64,000 nucleotides of DNA from Dehalococcoidia bacterium (GCA_015661155.1 JACVQK010000011.1:2963-66962); one strand, 5' to 3'. Positions 8,227 through 17,293 are shown, counted from the stretch's first letter. The notes: generated by a model not told the origin, from the letters alone. A program made the numbers and translations.

Positions 8227-11200
8227 CTACCCCTTCCCCGCCATCTCCATAACCTGGGCCTTGAAGGCTACCAGGCCGTCCAGGGTCTCCATGAGAGCAC
8301 CCTGCCACCCATCCTGAAGCGTTACCCGGACCTGGCTGTGCCCCACCTGGGCAACTCTGCCCAGGGCCTTCTGAAGTGCCAGCCGCGCTCCCCCCACAGG
8401 CTCCCGGAGCTGTATCACCGCCACCTTGCCGTCCTGGGCAATGGACTCCGCCCCGACCTCCCGGGCCAGGGCCTTCAGCTCCACCACGTACAGCAGGTCC
8501 CTCACCTCCGCTGGCAGGGGGCCAAACCTGTCCCGAATCTCATCGCCCAGGGTCGCCACATCCTCCCGTTGCCGCGCCCGGGCCAGGCGCTGGTACACCC
8601 CCAGGCGGGTGGTCAGGTCGGGAACGTAGTCCATTGGGATGTACGCCGATATAGGCAGGTCTATCTTCACCTCCAGGTCTCGCGCCGCCTTATCCGGGGA
8701 CACTCCGTCTCTCTCGCCCCTCAGCTCCTCCACCGCCTGGGCCAGCAGCTGAGAGTACATCTCGTAGCCCACGGCGTGGATGTGCCCGCTCTGCTCGGCC
8801 CCCAGGATGTTGCCCGCGCCCCTTATCTCCAGGTCCCTCATGGCGATGCGGAACCCCGCCCCCAGCTCCGTGGCTGCCAGGATGGTCTTGAGGCGTTTCT
8901 CCGCGGTCTCGGTGATGCGACGCTGCCGAGGAACCATCAGGTAGGCGTAGGCCCTGGTTGCGCCCCGTCCTATTCGCCCCCGTAGCTGGTAGAGCTGGGC
9001 CAGGCCCAGCATGTCCGCCCTGTCTATAATGAGGGTGTTGACGTTGGGCATGTCCAGCCCCGCCTCGATGATGGTGGTGCACACCAGCACGTCGTGCTCG
9101 CCCTGTGCGAACTCCGCCATCACCCGCTCCAGGCCCTCCTCGGACATCTGCCCGTGGCCCACGGCCACCGCGGCCTCGGGGACGATGTCGCGTATCTTCT
9201 CCGCGGTCTCCTCGATGGTTCGCACCCGGTTGTGGAGAAAGAACACCTGGCCGCCCCGGTCCATCTCCCGGAGGATGGCCTCCCGTACCACCTCTTCGCT
9301 GTACTCCGACACGTAGGTCTTGATGGAGAGTCGCTCCTCAGGAGGGGTCTCGATGGTGCTCATGTCCCTTATTCCCGAGAGGGCGATGTGAAGGGTGCGG
9401 GGTATGGGAGTAGCGCTCAGGGTGAGGACATCCACCTCCTGGCGCATCTCCTTCAGGCGCTCCTTGTGGGCCACGCCGAAGCGCTGCTCCTCGTCCACAA
9501 CGACCAGGCCCAGGTTCTTGAAGGCCACGTCCCTCTGGATCAGCCGGTGGGTGCCGATGCAGATGTCCACCTTGCCCGAGGCCAGCCTCTCTATCACATC
9601 CCGCTGCTCCTCCGGTGTGCGAAAGCGGCTCAGCACCTCCACCTGCAATGGGAAGGGGGCCAGCCGCTGGGAGAAGGTGACGTAGTGCTGCTGGGCCAGC
9701 ACCGTGGTGGGGACCAGCACCGCCACCTGCCTGCCATCCATCACCGCCTTGAATGCTGCTCGAAGGGCCACCTCCGTCTTGCCGTATCCCACGTCGCCGC
9801 ACACCAGACGGTCCATGGGCCGGGGGCGCTCCATGTCCCTCTTCACCTCCTGGATGCTCTCCATCTGGTCGGGGGTTTCCTCGTAGGGGAAAGAGTCCTC
9901 CATCTCCCGCTGCCACGGCGTGTCGGGGGAGAAGGAGAACCCCTCTACCACCTCTCGGGAGGCATATATGGACAGGAGCTGCTGGGCCAGCTCCCTGGTG
10001 GAGGCCCTGGCCCTCTCTCGTGAGCGGCTCCACTCCTGGGTGCCCAGGCGTGTGAGGGTGGGGACGCGCTCCCCGGGGGCGATGTACGGTGACACCCGGT
10101 CAAGCTGGTCCGTGGGCACATAGAGCTTGTCGCCCTCGGCGTACTCCAGCACCAGATACTCTTTCTCGCCGTCGCCCACCCCCATGGCGCGGGTGCCGGT
10201 GAAGCGTCCGATGCCATGCTCCGTGTGCACCAGGTAGCTCCCCGGCTCCAGCCCCGATAGAAGCAAGGGACGCTCCTTGGCCTGCCCCATGACCTCCCCA
10301 TCGGTGAGGAGGTGGAGGATGGAATCGCCCAGGGGAAGGCTCCACCCCTCAGAGAGGGAGCCCCGCACCAGGGTGACGGAGCCTTTGTCGGGGCCTTGGG
10401 CGACTCCCTCTTCTACCTCTGCCGGAACGCTCTGCCCCTGGAAGAGCTCGGCCAATCGGGAGGCGTGATGGGACACCACCACCACCCGGTCTCCATCCCG
10501 CCGCCAGCCCTGGACATCCTCCACCAGGGTGTCCAGGCGGCCCCAGTAGCTTCGGGGAGGAGTGAAGCCCATCTCATGCAGGCGTGTCCCGCCGTCGTGG
10601 ATGGGGCCGAGGGGCCAGGGGACGGTATCCAGTCGCCGGGATACCGACGACACACCCTCCTTCACCTCTTGCCACGGCATCTGGTGCGATGGGAAAGCGC
10701 GGGGCACATCCCCCCGCTCCTCCTTGGCCTCTCTCAGCGCCCTGGCCTTCTCCTCCATCCTCAGGCCCTCCCCCTCCACCTCCTCCGGACTCTCCACCAC
10801 CAGCAGTCCATCCTGGGGAAGGAAGTCCAGGATGGTTCCGCCGCAGAAGAACCCCTGGTAGAACCCCGGCTCCTCCAGGGCGTGGCCTGCCAGCAGCAAG
10901 GCCATCTCCTCCTTAATACGTTCCCTTGTGGCGGGAGGGCAGTTGGAGAGGTCCAGATGGCGGTAGCGCTCCTCCACCTCCGACCGAGGGGTCATGCCCG
11001 GCAGCGCCTCCTGCGCGGGCAGGATGAACACCCTCTCCACCGGCTTGAGCGAGCGCTGGGAGGCGGGATCGAAGAGGCGGATGCTCTCCACCACGTCTCC
11101 CGACAGCTCGATGCGGGCGGGAAGCTCCGCCCCCGGCGAGTAGACATCCAGGATGCCCCCTCGCCTGCTCACCGTGCCGGGGATCTCCACGGCCCGCTCC

Positions 11201-11262
11201 ACACGATAGCCTATCCGCTGCCACCGTTCCATCAGGTCGCCCAGGTTGACGTGCTGGCCCAC
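8227..11262 (-). CDS. mfd: transcription-repair coupling factor, major C-terminal ORF (GTG start created by a frame break)
   Basis: 1011 aa containing the RNAP-interacting region, the helicase motifs (GDVGYGKTEVA, DEEQRFG, LTLSATPIPRT) and the TRG and C-terminal domains. The N-terminal about 117 aa are in another frame (next feature). Confidence 0.9.
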   Translation of the reverse strand: MGQHVNLGDLMERWQRIGYRVERAVEIPGTVSRRGGILDVYSPGAELPARIELSGDVVESIRLFDPASQRSLKPVERVFILPAQEALPGMTPRSEVEERYRHLDLSNCPPATRERIKEEMALLLAGHALEEPGFYQGFFCGGTILDFLPQDGLLVVESPEEVEGEGLRMEEKARALREAKEERGDVPRAFPSHQMPWQEVKEGVSSVSRRLDTVPWPLGPIHDGGTRLHEMGFTPPRSYWGRLDTLVEDVQGWRRDGDRVVVVSHHASRLAELFQGQSVPAEVEEGVAQGPDKGSVTLVRGSLSEGWSLPLGDSILHLLTDGEVMGQAKERPLLLSGLEPGSYLVHTEHGIGRFTGTRAMGVGDGEKEYLVLEYAEGDKLYVPTDQLDRVSPYIAPGERVPTLTRLGTQEWSRSRERARASTRELAQQLLSIYASREVVEGFSFSPDTPWQREMEDSFPYEETPDQMESIQEVKRDMERPRPMDRLVCGDVGYGKTEVALRAAFKAVMDGRQVAVLVPTTVLAQQHYVTFSQRLAPFPLQVEVLSRFRTPEEQRDVIERLASGKVDICIGTHRLIQRDVAFKNLGLVVVDEEQRFGVAHKERLKEMRQEVDVLTLSATPIPRTLHIALSGIRDMSTIETPPEERLSIKTYVSEYSEEVVREAILREMDRGGQVFFLHNRVRTIEETAEKIRDIVPEAAVAVGHGQMSEEGLERVMAEFAQGEHDVLVCTTIIEAGLDMPNVNTLIIDRADMLGLAQLYQLRGRIGRGATRAYAYLMVPRQRRITETAEKRLKTILAATELGAGFRIAMRDLEIRGAGNILGAEQSGHIHAVGYEMYSQLLAQAVEELRGERDGVSPDKAARDLEVKIDLPISAYIPMDYVPDLTTRLGVYQRLARARQREDVATLGDEIRDRFGPLPAEVRDLLYVVELKALAREVGAESIAQDGKVAVIQLREPVGGARLALQKALGRVAQVGHSQVRVTLQDGWQGALMETLDGLVAFKAQVMEMAGKG

Positions 11263-11263
11263 G

Positions 11264-11614
11264 CTCGTCCGGCTTCAGCAGGGCCGAGAGCGCCCGTATG
11301 CGCCCGTGGGTGGTGGCGTCGTCGGCCATGAGGCGCTCGAAGGGCAGAGACTCCCCCTCCGGGAAGGGGTATATTTCTGCCTTCTCTCCACACCACACCA
11401 GGAGGTCATCGTACAGCCGACGGGCCCTCTCCGGCCTGCTCACCAGAACCAGGATGGGGATGTCAAGCTCGCTCCTCAGAGCGCCGACCCAGTAGGGGAG
11501 GGCGGCGTCTGGCAGCGTGAGTTGTCCCGGGGGCTTCCCTTGCCTCAGCAGCTCAAGGAGGCCCCGGTGCTGTGCGCTCTGGGAGAGCAGAGGAAACAGC
11601 CCCTCCAGGCTCAT
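11264..11614 (-). pseudogene. mfd: detached N-terminal fragment of mfd (UvrB-homology module start)
   Basis: From Met46 of ORF 10913..11749: MSLEGLFPLLSQS..LPDAALPYWVGALRSELDIPILVLVSRPERARRLYDDL..FPEGESLPFERL..THGRIRALSALLKPDE is a typical Mfd N-terminus. The frame changes at 11263, and about 25-30 residues expected before L.VGQ... are missing. Confidence 0.75.
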
Positions 11615-11794
11615 GCCACCTCCAACGCCTAACGGGGCTGGTGGCACAGCCACTAGCCCTTTGAAGGGATTGTAGCAGCTACGGGGGGGGAGGGCAACGG
11701 GGAGGGGGCGCGTAATTGTCAGTGCTGAGGGCTGGGCTAAGAGTGACATAATGGGCTATACTCACCTCTGAAGCCGCATGAAGGGGGTTGCCAA

Positions 11795-13132
11795 GTGAGT
11801 ACCTTTTATCATGGCGATTGTCTCTTTGTCCTGAAGCACGATATAGCGCCTGAGTCTATAGACCTTATCTATCTTGACCCGCCCTTTTTCACAGGCAAGG
11901 TACAACGCGGGACATGGCAACCTGGGGCTATGGAGATTTCCTACGATGACTCCCGTCAATTCTGGGCTGACAGAGCAGGAGCCATGCGTGAGAAAGCACC
12001 TGAATGGCTCAAGCACATAGCTTTGAAACAGCCTGATTTTGCCTCATATCTCTGGTATATGATGGTCAGGCTTCAAGAAATGCATCGCGTGCTAAAACCA
12101 AGCGGAAGCATTTATTTTCACTGTGATTGGCGAGCCTCTACCTATCTAAAGATGGTCATTGACGAAGTATTTGGGGCTCAGAACTTTTTGAACGAGATTA
12201 TCTGGTGCTATGAAGACATCGGGGGCAGGGCAGTCAAATATTTCAAGCGGAAACATGACTCTATCTTTTTCTATCGGAAGTCTAATAAGCGCTCGACCTT
12301 CCATGCCCCTACAAAACCGCTTTCGCCAAGCACCATCAAACGCTATGGGAAGTATCTCGATGCCACAGGTAAGATAACATACCGACGCCTCCAGGAAACA
12401 AACCCTGGTGTTTTCCGGAAACTAAAAGGGGTTCCTGATGACCTTGACCTTGTTTGGATTGATGTGAACAAGGGCCAGCCATTGGGAGATTGGTGGGCCG
12501 ACATCTCGGCAATCAGGGTTGGATTCAATGAAAGTACAGGCTACCCAACACAAAAACCAGAGGCACTGTTGGAACGTATTATTAGAAGCAGCAGCAACGA
12601 TGGGGATGTTGTCTTAGACCCATTCTGTGGCTGTGGTACAACGGTTATTGCAGCCAGCAAGCTAAACAGGGAATGGATAGGTATAGACATTGATACTTCC
12701 CCACGGGAGAAGGGGCAGCTTCCCACGGCCTTCCAGGTCATTTCAAACCGCAGTCACTCGCTATTTCAGCAAGCCAAGTACATCACACGTGATCTTAGTG
12801 AGGTTATGGAAATGGACGGCCGCGCTTTTGAGGCGTGGGTGAACGAGTTCTACAGGGCTACAAAGCCTTCACCGGATCGGGGTGTAGATGGAATCACCCA
12901 TGACGGTATCCCTATTCAGGCCAAAACCTACGAAATCAAATACACCGTGTTGAGCCAGTTCATCACGGACGTAAAGTACCATCCAACTGTGCCGCAGCCT
13001 GTAAAGAAAGTCCGCGCAGTATCACAAACTGGATTTGACGATGGAGCGAGGCGAAGGAAGTTTGAGATAGAAACAGCTGAAGGCATTGAGGTGGAATTAG
13101 TCACTCCAGCAGAGCTATTGAGGTTGGAATAG
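11795..13132 (+). CDS. beta-class N6A/N4C DNA methyltransferase fused to a C-terminal Mrr-like (PD-(D/E)xK) nuclease domain
   Basis: GTG start 8 nt after AAGGGGG. Motif IV DPPF (IYLDPPFF) lies near the N-terminus and motif I FCGCGTT lies later, which is the beta-class order. The C-terminal about 120 aa contain RGVDGITHDGIPIQAKTYE, resembling the Mrr_cat D...(Q/E)xK core. The gene is clearly lower in GC than its neighbours. Confidence 0.8.
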   Translation: MSTFYHGDCLFVLKHDIAPESIDLIYLDPPFFTGKVQRGTWQPGAMEISYDDSRQFWADRAGAMREKAPEWLKHIALKQPDFASYLWYMMVRLQEMHRVLKPSGSIYFHCDWRASTYLKMVIDEVFGAQNFLNEIIWCYEDIGGRAVKYFKRKHDSIFFYRKSNKRSTFHAPTKPLSPSTIKRYGKYLDATGKITYRRLQETNPGVFRKLKGVPDDLDLVWIDVNKGQPLGDWWADISAIRVGFNESTGYPTQKPEALLERIIRSSSNDGDVVLDPFCGCGTTVIAASKLNREWIGIDIDTSPREKGQLPTAFQVISNRSHSLFQQAKYITRDLSEVMEMDGRAFEAWVNEFYRATKPSPDRGVDGITHDGIPIQAKTYEIKYTVLSQFITDVKYHPTVPQPVKKVRAVSQTGFDDGARRRKFEIETAEGIEVELVTPAELLRLE

Positions 13133-13213
13133 TTGCAGCTAATCGCGTCGCCATCAGCGCCAGGTAGCAATGCACCGTAACCTTCTGCTGTCCCCCTGCC
13201 CCTCGGGGTCTTT

Positions 13214-13304
13214 TAGAGGGTGTTTCCCCCTCTCTCACTCTCCCCCGTTGCACGGGGGAGAGAAATCCCTTCCCCCGTCTACGGGGGAAGACCAGGATGG
13301 GGGC
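13214..13304 (+). repeat. family-C double-hairpin repeat, copy C1 (short form)
   Basis: TAGAGGGTG..CTCTCCCCCGTTGCACGGGGGAGAG AAATCC CTTCCCCCGTCTACGGGGGAAG ..GATGGGGGC. The same two hairpins occur at 34496-34628 and, inverted, at 62297-62430. Confidence 0.8.
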
Positions 13305-13315
13305 ATGACCTTTCC

Positions 13316-13396
13316 CCGCTCATATGGTTCCCTTCGGCTTCGCTCAGAGCCTGCCCTGAGTTTACCGAAGGGGTAAACTAAGCTCACCATGAGCGG
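13316..13396. repeat. family-E palindromic element, copy E1
   Basis: CCGCTCATATGG..CCCTTCGG...CCGAAGGGG..CACCATGAGCGG forms an imperfect long hairpin. The arms are related to 60948-61158 and to fragments at about 38090-38120 and 62484-62512. Confidence 0.65.
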
Positions 13397-13468
13397 GCAA
13401 GAGCCGGTATTTGGAAAATCGAAAGACCCCGTTTCTTGAAGCAGTTTGTGGACAGCCCCTGTGACGGC

Positions 13469-13477
13469 TGCTATAAT
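13469..13477 (+). promoter_or_regulatory. extended -10 promoter element (TGCTATAAT) for the split transketolase operon
   Basis: An exact TGCTATAAT in an otherwise GC-rich spacer. It implies a transcript start near 13484 and a leader of about 130 nt before the likely start codon at 13615. Confidence 0.45.
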
Positions 13478-13614
13478 TGGCCTACGGAGGAGCGGGGCCT
13501 TTGGTCAGGCAGACCCTTGACCACACCACATCGTCCCAGACCAGAGAGTCCTCGGCACATAGCGCGACTGCCGAGGCTCCTTATTCCAAAGCGACATTCT
13601 CCAAGGAGCACCTG

Positions 13615-14421
13615 TTGTTAGATGAGTTGAAGGGCATCGCCCTGAAAGTGCGCCGGGACATCGTGGAGATGACGGCCCAAGCGGAGAGCGGCCATCCCGG
13701 GGGATCGCTATCGGCTGTGGAGATACTCACCACGCTTTACTGCAGGGTGATGCGGCATGACCCCTCCAATCCCCACTGGCAGGAGAGAGACCGCTTCATC
13801 CTCAGCAAGGCCCACGCCTGCCCGGTGCTGTACGCGCTGCTGGCCCACTGCGGCTACTTCCCGCGGGAGGAGCTGCGCACCTTCCGGAAAATCAACAGCC
13901 GACTTCAGGGCCACGCCCACATCAAGACCCCCGGCGTGGAGATGTCCGGCGGCTCCCTGGGCCAGGGCCTCTCCTTCGGCATAGGCGCTGCCCTGGCGGC
14001 GCGCCTCGATGGCCGCGACTCCAGGGTGTACGTGCTCTTGGGGGACGGGGAGTGCGACGAAGGCCAGATATGGGAAGCGGCCATGGCCGCCCCTCACTAC
14101 AAGCTGGACAACCTGGTGGCCATAGTAGACCGCAACGGCCTCCAGAACGACCGCTCGACCAGAGAGGCGATGGACACGGAGCCTCTGGCGGATAAGTGGC
14201 GCTCCTTCCGATGGCACACCATAGAGATAGAGGGCCACAGCTTCCCCGCAATCCTTGAAGCCCTGGAGGAGGCCAAGACCGTCAAGGGAAAGCCCACAGC
14301 CATCATCGCCCGCACGGTGAAGGGCAAGGGAGTCAGCTTCATGGAGAACAACCCCGAGTGGCACGGCAAAGCCCCCAACAAAGAGCAGCTTGAGCAGGCC
14401 CTCCGGGAGCTGGCCGGCTAG
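13615..14421 (+). CDS. tkt: transketolase, N-terminal subunit
   Basis: The track ORF starts with TTG 13477, which lies inside the -10 box. I prefer TTG 13615, 6 nt after AAGGAG, giving MLDELKGIALKVRRDIVEMTAQAESGHPGGSLS... The TPP-binding motifs GHPGGSLS and GDGECDEGQIWEA are present. Confidence 0.85.
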   Translation: MLDELKGIALKVRRDIVEMTAQAESGHPGGSLSAVEILTTLYCRVMRHDPSNPHWQERDRFILSKAHACPVLYALLAHCGYFPREELRTFRKINSRLQGHAHIKTPGVEMSGGSLGQGLSFGIGAALAARLDGRDSRVYVLLGDGECDEGQIWEAAMAAPHYKLDNLVAIVDRNGLQNDRSTREAMDTEPLADKWRSFRWHTIEIEGHSFPAILEALEEAKTVKGKPTAIIARTVKGKGVSFMENNPEWHGKAPNKEQLEQALRELAG

Positions 14422-14427
14422 AATGGG

Positions 14428-15414
14428 ATGCAGAGAATGACCACCGCCGCCTCCACCAGAGAGACCTACGGCAAGACCCTTCTTGAGCTGGGAAGGGAGA
14501 ACCCGGACATAGTTGTGCTGGGAGGCGACCTCAACAAGTCCACCTTCATCCACCTCTTTGCCCAGGAGTTCCCCAAACGCTTCTTCGACATGGGGCCGGC
14601 GGAGCAGAACATGATGAGCATCGCCGCAGGACTGGCCAGCTCGGGCAAGACGGCCTTTGCCAGCACCTTCGCCGTCTTCGGGAGCGGACGCCCCTACGAC
14701 CAGATACGCATCGGCATCTCCCAACCCCACCTCAACGTGAAGATAGTCGTGACCCACGCGGGCATCACCGCCGGCGATGACGGCATGTCGGCCCAGAGCA
14801 TCGAGGACCTGGCCCTCATGTGCGCCCTCCCCGGCTTCACCGTCATCGTCCCCGCGGACGCCCCGGAGACAGCCAGGGCCGTGCGCGAGGCCGCCGCCAC
14901 CTACGGCCCCTTCTACATTCGCCTCTCCAGGTCTGCCACCCCGGTGGTGCACCAGAACGACTACTCCTTTCAGATAGGCAAGGCAGAGCAGCTCAGGGAT
15001 GGCCCCGATGCGACGATTATCGCCTGCGGCATCATGGTGAAGGCCGCCCTGGACGCCTCCGAGAGCCTGGCCCAGGAAGGCATTCGGTGCCGCGTCCTCA
15101 ACATGGCCACATTGCAGCCCGTGGACGCGGAGGCCATCGCCACCGCGGCCCGGGAGACGGGGGCCATCGTCACCGCGGAGGAGCACCTGCGCCACGGAGG
15201 GCTGGGGAGCATCGTTGCCCAGGTGCTGGGAGAGCACTGCCCAGTGCCTCTGGAGATGGTGGCCCTGGACCGCTACGCCGAGTCGGGCAGGGCAGAGCAG
15301 CTGCTGGAGAAGTACGGCCTTACCGCCGAAAAGGTAGCAGCAGCAGTACGGAGGGCCGTTGGCCGCAAGGCCAGACCCTCAGGCAAGGGCAGGCCCAGTT
15401 CAAGGCGACGATAG
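14428..15414 (+). CDS. tkt: transketolase, C-terminal subunit
   Basis: Pyrimidine-binding domain motif FDMGPAEQNMMSIAAGLA, followed by the transketolase C-terminal domain. It starts 6 nt after the N-subunit stop. Confidence 0.9.
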   Translation: MQRMTTAASTRETYGKTLLELGRENPDIVVLGGDLNKSTFIHLFAQEFPKRFFDMGPAEQNMMSIAAGLASSGKTAFASTFAVFGSGRPYDQIRIGISQPHLNVKIVVTHAGITAGDDGMSAQSIEDLALMCALPGFTVIVPADAPETARAVREAAATYGPFYIRLSRSATPVVHQNDYSFQIGKAEQLRDGPDATIIACGIMVKAALDASESLAQEGIRCRVLNMATLQPVDAEAIATAARETGAIVTAEEHLRHGGLGSIVAQVLGEHCPVPLEMVALDRYAESGRAEQLLEKYGLTAEKVAAAVRRAVGRKARPSGKGRPSSRRR

Positions 15415-15461
15415 GCCCACAGACCCGGCCCCGCCAGGAGACTGAACAGGAGGAGCGACCC

Positions 15462-16010
15462 ATGACAAACTTGAAGTACGCTCTCGTCCTTGTAGCGGCA
15501 CTCCTATTGGGCGCTATAGGGTGCAGTGGTGAGCCCACCACCCCTACCACCATCCCCATCCCCACTTCCATGCCAGGCGTCCCCGCCATTACGGATTTCA
15601 CTCCCTTGCCCGGGCTCACGAAGAACACCGAGGTCAGGGACCGTTACTTTGAGGCGGTGTATCTGTGGAAGGCGCCCGAGGGAAAAACCGGCGCCCAGTG
15701 GACGTCGGCCGCGGGAGAGGGCTTCATCCAGTTCTCGGGCAGCCCTGTGGAGAGTTTTACGCAGCAGGACGGGATAGCCATTCGTTTCGATACCACGGAT
15801 GCCTTTGTCCCCGGCATGCTGGTTTCCTACCGGCTGGACAAGAGGGCGTATCAAGGGGAGGGCAAGGAGGAGGTTTCCCTGGCCTCGTTAGTAACCAGGC
15901 CGGGGGTTTACAATATTTTTCTTGAGGCCCCCGAAGACACAGGGGATTACGTCGTCAGGTTCTTCCTCAACGGCATCCTGGTGGAAAACCTCCTCTTCGA
16001 GGTCAAGTGA
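15462..16010 (+). CDS. hypothetical lipoprotein
   Basis: Internal ATG of ORF 14820..16010, behind AGGAGG/AGGAGC. Signal peptide MTNLKYALVLVAALLLGAIGC with a lipobox (AIG-C), followed by a Pro/Thr-rich linker. I recognise no family. Confidence 0.7.
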   Translation: MTNLKYALVLVAALLLGAIGCSGEPTTPTTIPIPTSMPGVPAITDFTPLPGLTKNTEVRDRYFEAVYLWKAPEGKTGAQWTSAAGEGFIQFSGSPVESFTQQDGIAIRFDTTDAFVPGMLVSYRLDKRAYQGEGKEEVSLASLVTRPGVYNIFLEAPEDTGDYVVRFFLNGILVENLLFEVK

Positions 16011-16021
16011 GGGATAGCGCC

Positions 16022-17146
16022 ATGACATTGCCCACGGGGGAGGCCCATCCTTCCAGTGTGAGGGAGGCTTCCCACCCCAAAGTGGCGGTGGTATATACCA
16101 GGCCGGAGACGGTGCTGGAGGACATAGGCAGGGCCATGCGCCTGGCGGAGTACCAGGCCCACCTCCCGGCTAACATCCCCACCCTCCTCAAGATAAACAT
16201 CTCCTGGCAGCACTATTATCCCGCCTGCTCCACCTCTCCCTGGCAGCTTGAGGGGGTGATCAAGGCCATGAAGGAGGACGGCTACCGCGACCTCATCGCC
16301 GCCCACAACGGCACCGTGGTGGTGGACTCCTTCGAGGGGGAGGTGCGCAACAAGCAGAGGCCGGTGCAGGAGAAGTACGGTCTCCCCAGCGTCCACCTGG
16401 ACGTGCCCCCCAACCGGTGGATTCCCTACCAGCCCAAGGGTGAGATGCTGGTGCTGGACAAGATATTCCCCGAGGGCCTCACCATCCCGGAGATATTCCC
16501 CGGCAAGAACGTGCTCCACCTGCCCACCATGAAGACCCACGTCTTCACCACCATGACCGGGGCCATGAAAAACGCCTTCGGCGGCCTGCTGAACCGCAAA
16601 CGCCACTGGACCCACTCGGTCATCCACGAGACCCTGGTGGACCTCCTCACCATCCAGAAGGAGATACACCCGGGCATCTTCGCCGTTATGGACGGGACCT
16701 TCGCCGGGGACGGCCCCGGCCCCAGGGCCATGCGGTGGCACGAGAAGAACGTCTTCCTGGCCAGCGCCGACCAGGTGGCCATCGACGCCGTGGCCGCCAG
16801 GATGATGGGCTTCGACCCCATGTCCATCAAGTTCATCCGGCTGGCCCACGAGAGGGGCCTGGGCTGCGGCGACACCTCCCAGATAGAGGTGGTGGGAGAG
16901 GACATATCGGGGGTGAACTGGCGGTTTGAAGGCACAAAGAACACCCTTGCCAGCCGGGGCCAGAAGCTCATCTACTGGGGGCCTCTCAAGCCCCTGGAGA
17001 ACCTGCTGCTGAGGAGTCCCATAGCACCCTGGGCTTTCTTCGCCTCCAATTTGTATCACAACGAGTACTGGCTCCGCTTCATCGGCAATCGACGTGTCAA
17101 GGCGGCCATGAAAACGGGATGGGGCCAGCTCTTCCAGCGATATTAG
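16022..17146 (+). CDS. DUF362 domain-containing protein
   Basis: The conserved DUF362 core is LLKINISW...TMKTH..T..TGAMKN.FG.L......H......L.DL......MDG..AGDGPGP. I prefer ATG 16022 (after GAGGGA) to GTG 16007. The stop TAG 17144-17146 lies in the terminus of repeat A4. Confidence 0.8.
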   Translation: MTLPTGEAHPSSVREASHPKVAVVYTRPETVLEDIGRAMRLAEYQAHLPANIPTLLKINISWQHYYPACSTSPWQLEGVIKAMKEDGYRDLIAAHNGTVVVDSFEGEVRNKQRPVQEKYGLPSVHLDVPPNRWIPYQPKGEMLVLDKIFPEGLTIPEIFPGKNVLHLPTMKTHVFTTMTGAMKNAFGGLLNRKRHWTHSVIHETLVDLLTIQKEIHPGIFAVMDGTFAGDGPGPRAMRWHEKNVFLASADQVAIDAVAARMMGFDPMSIKFIRLAHERGLGCGDTSQIEVVGEDISGVNWRFEGTKNTLASRGQKLIYWGPLKPLENLLLRSPIAPWAFFASNLYHNEYWLRFIGNRRVKAAMKTGWGQLFQRY

Positions 17147-17293
17147 CAGGGTGTTGAAAACCCTTACGACCATCCCCCTGGCCACCTTCCTGGCCAGGAA
17201 GGTGGAAGAATTTGAATCTGGGGGACACCCCCAGACCCCCGCCAGAATGGGCTTCGCCCCCTCTGGACCCCCCTTTTCCCGCACCCTGCTAGG
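17144..17293. repeat. family-A repeat, copy A4
   Basis: Order T-P1(variant)-P2-P3. Ends are TAGCAGGGTG ... CACCCTGCTAGG. Confidence 0.85.

Noticed and set aside
13484-13614. A TPP riboswitch in the transketolase leader, because of ACCCTTGACC and CAGAGAG strings.
   Set aside because: The order and spacing of the strings do not fit the THI-box (CTGAGA precedes ACCCTTTGAACCTGA in real TPP riboswitches). The conserved pairing partners are also absent.
13708-15237. Very long ORFs antisense to well-supported genes. Examples are 13708..15237 (509 aa, opposite tkt), 15947..17368 (473 aa), 43702..45477 (591 aa, opposite putA), 50966..52924 (652 aa, opposite the ALDH gene), 56270..57466 (398 aa, opposite acr3), and 8161..8985, 9094..10023 and 10312..11331 (opposite mfd).
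   Set aside because: Their products are low-complexity and rich in Gly, Arg, Pro, His and Leu, with no recognisable motifs. The opposite strand encodes proteins with clear family signatures. Stop-poor antisense frames are expected at this GC content.
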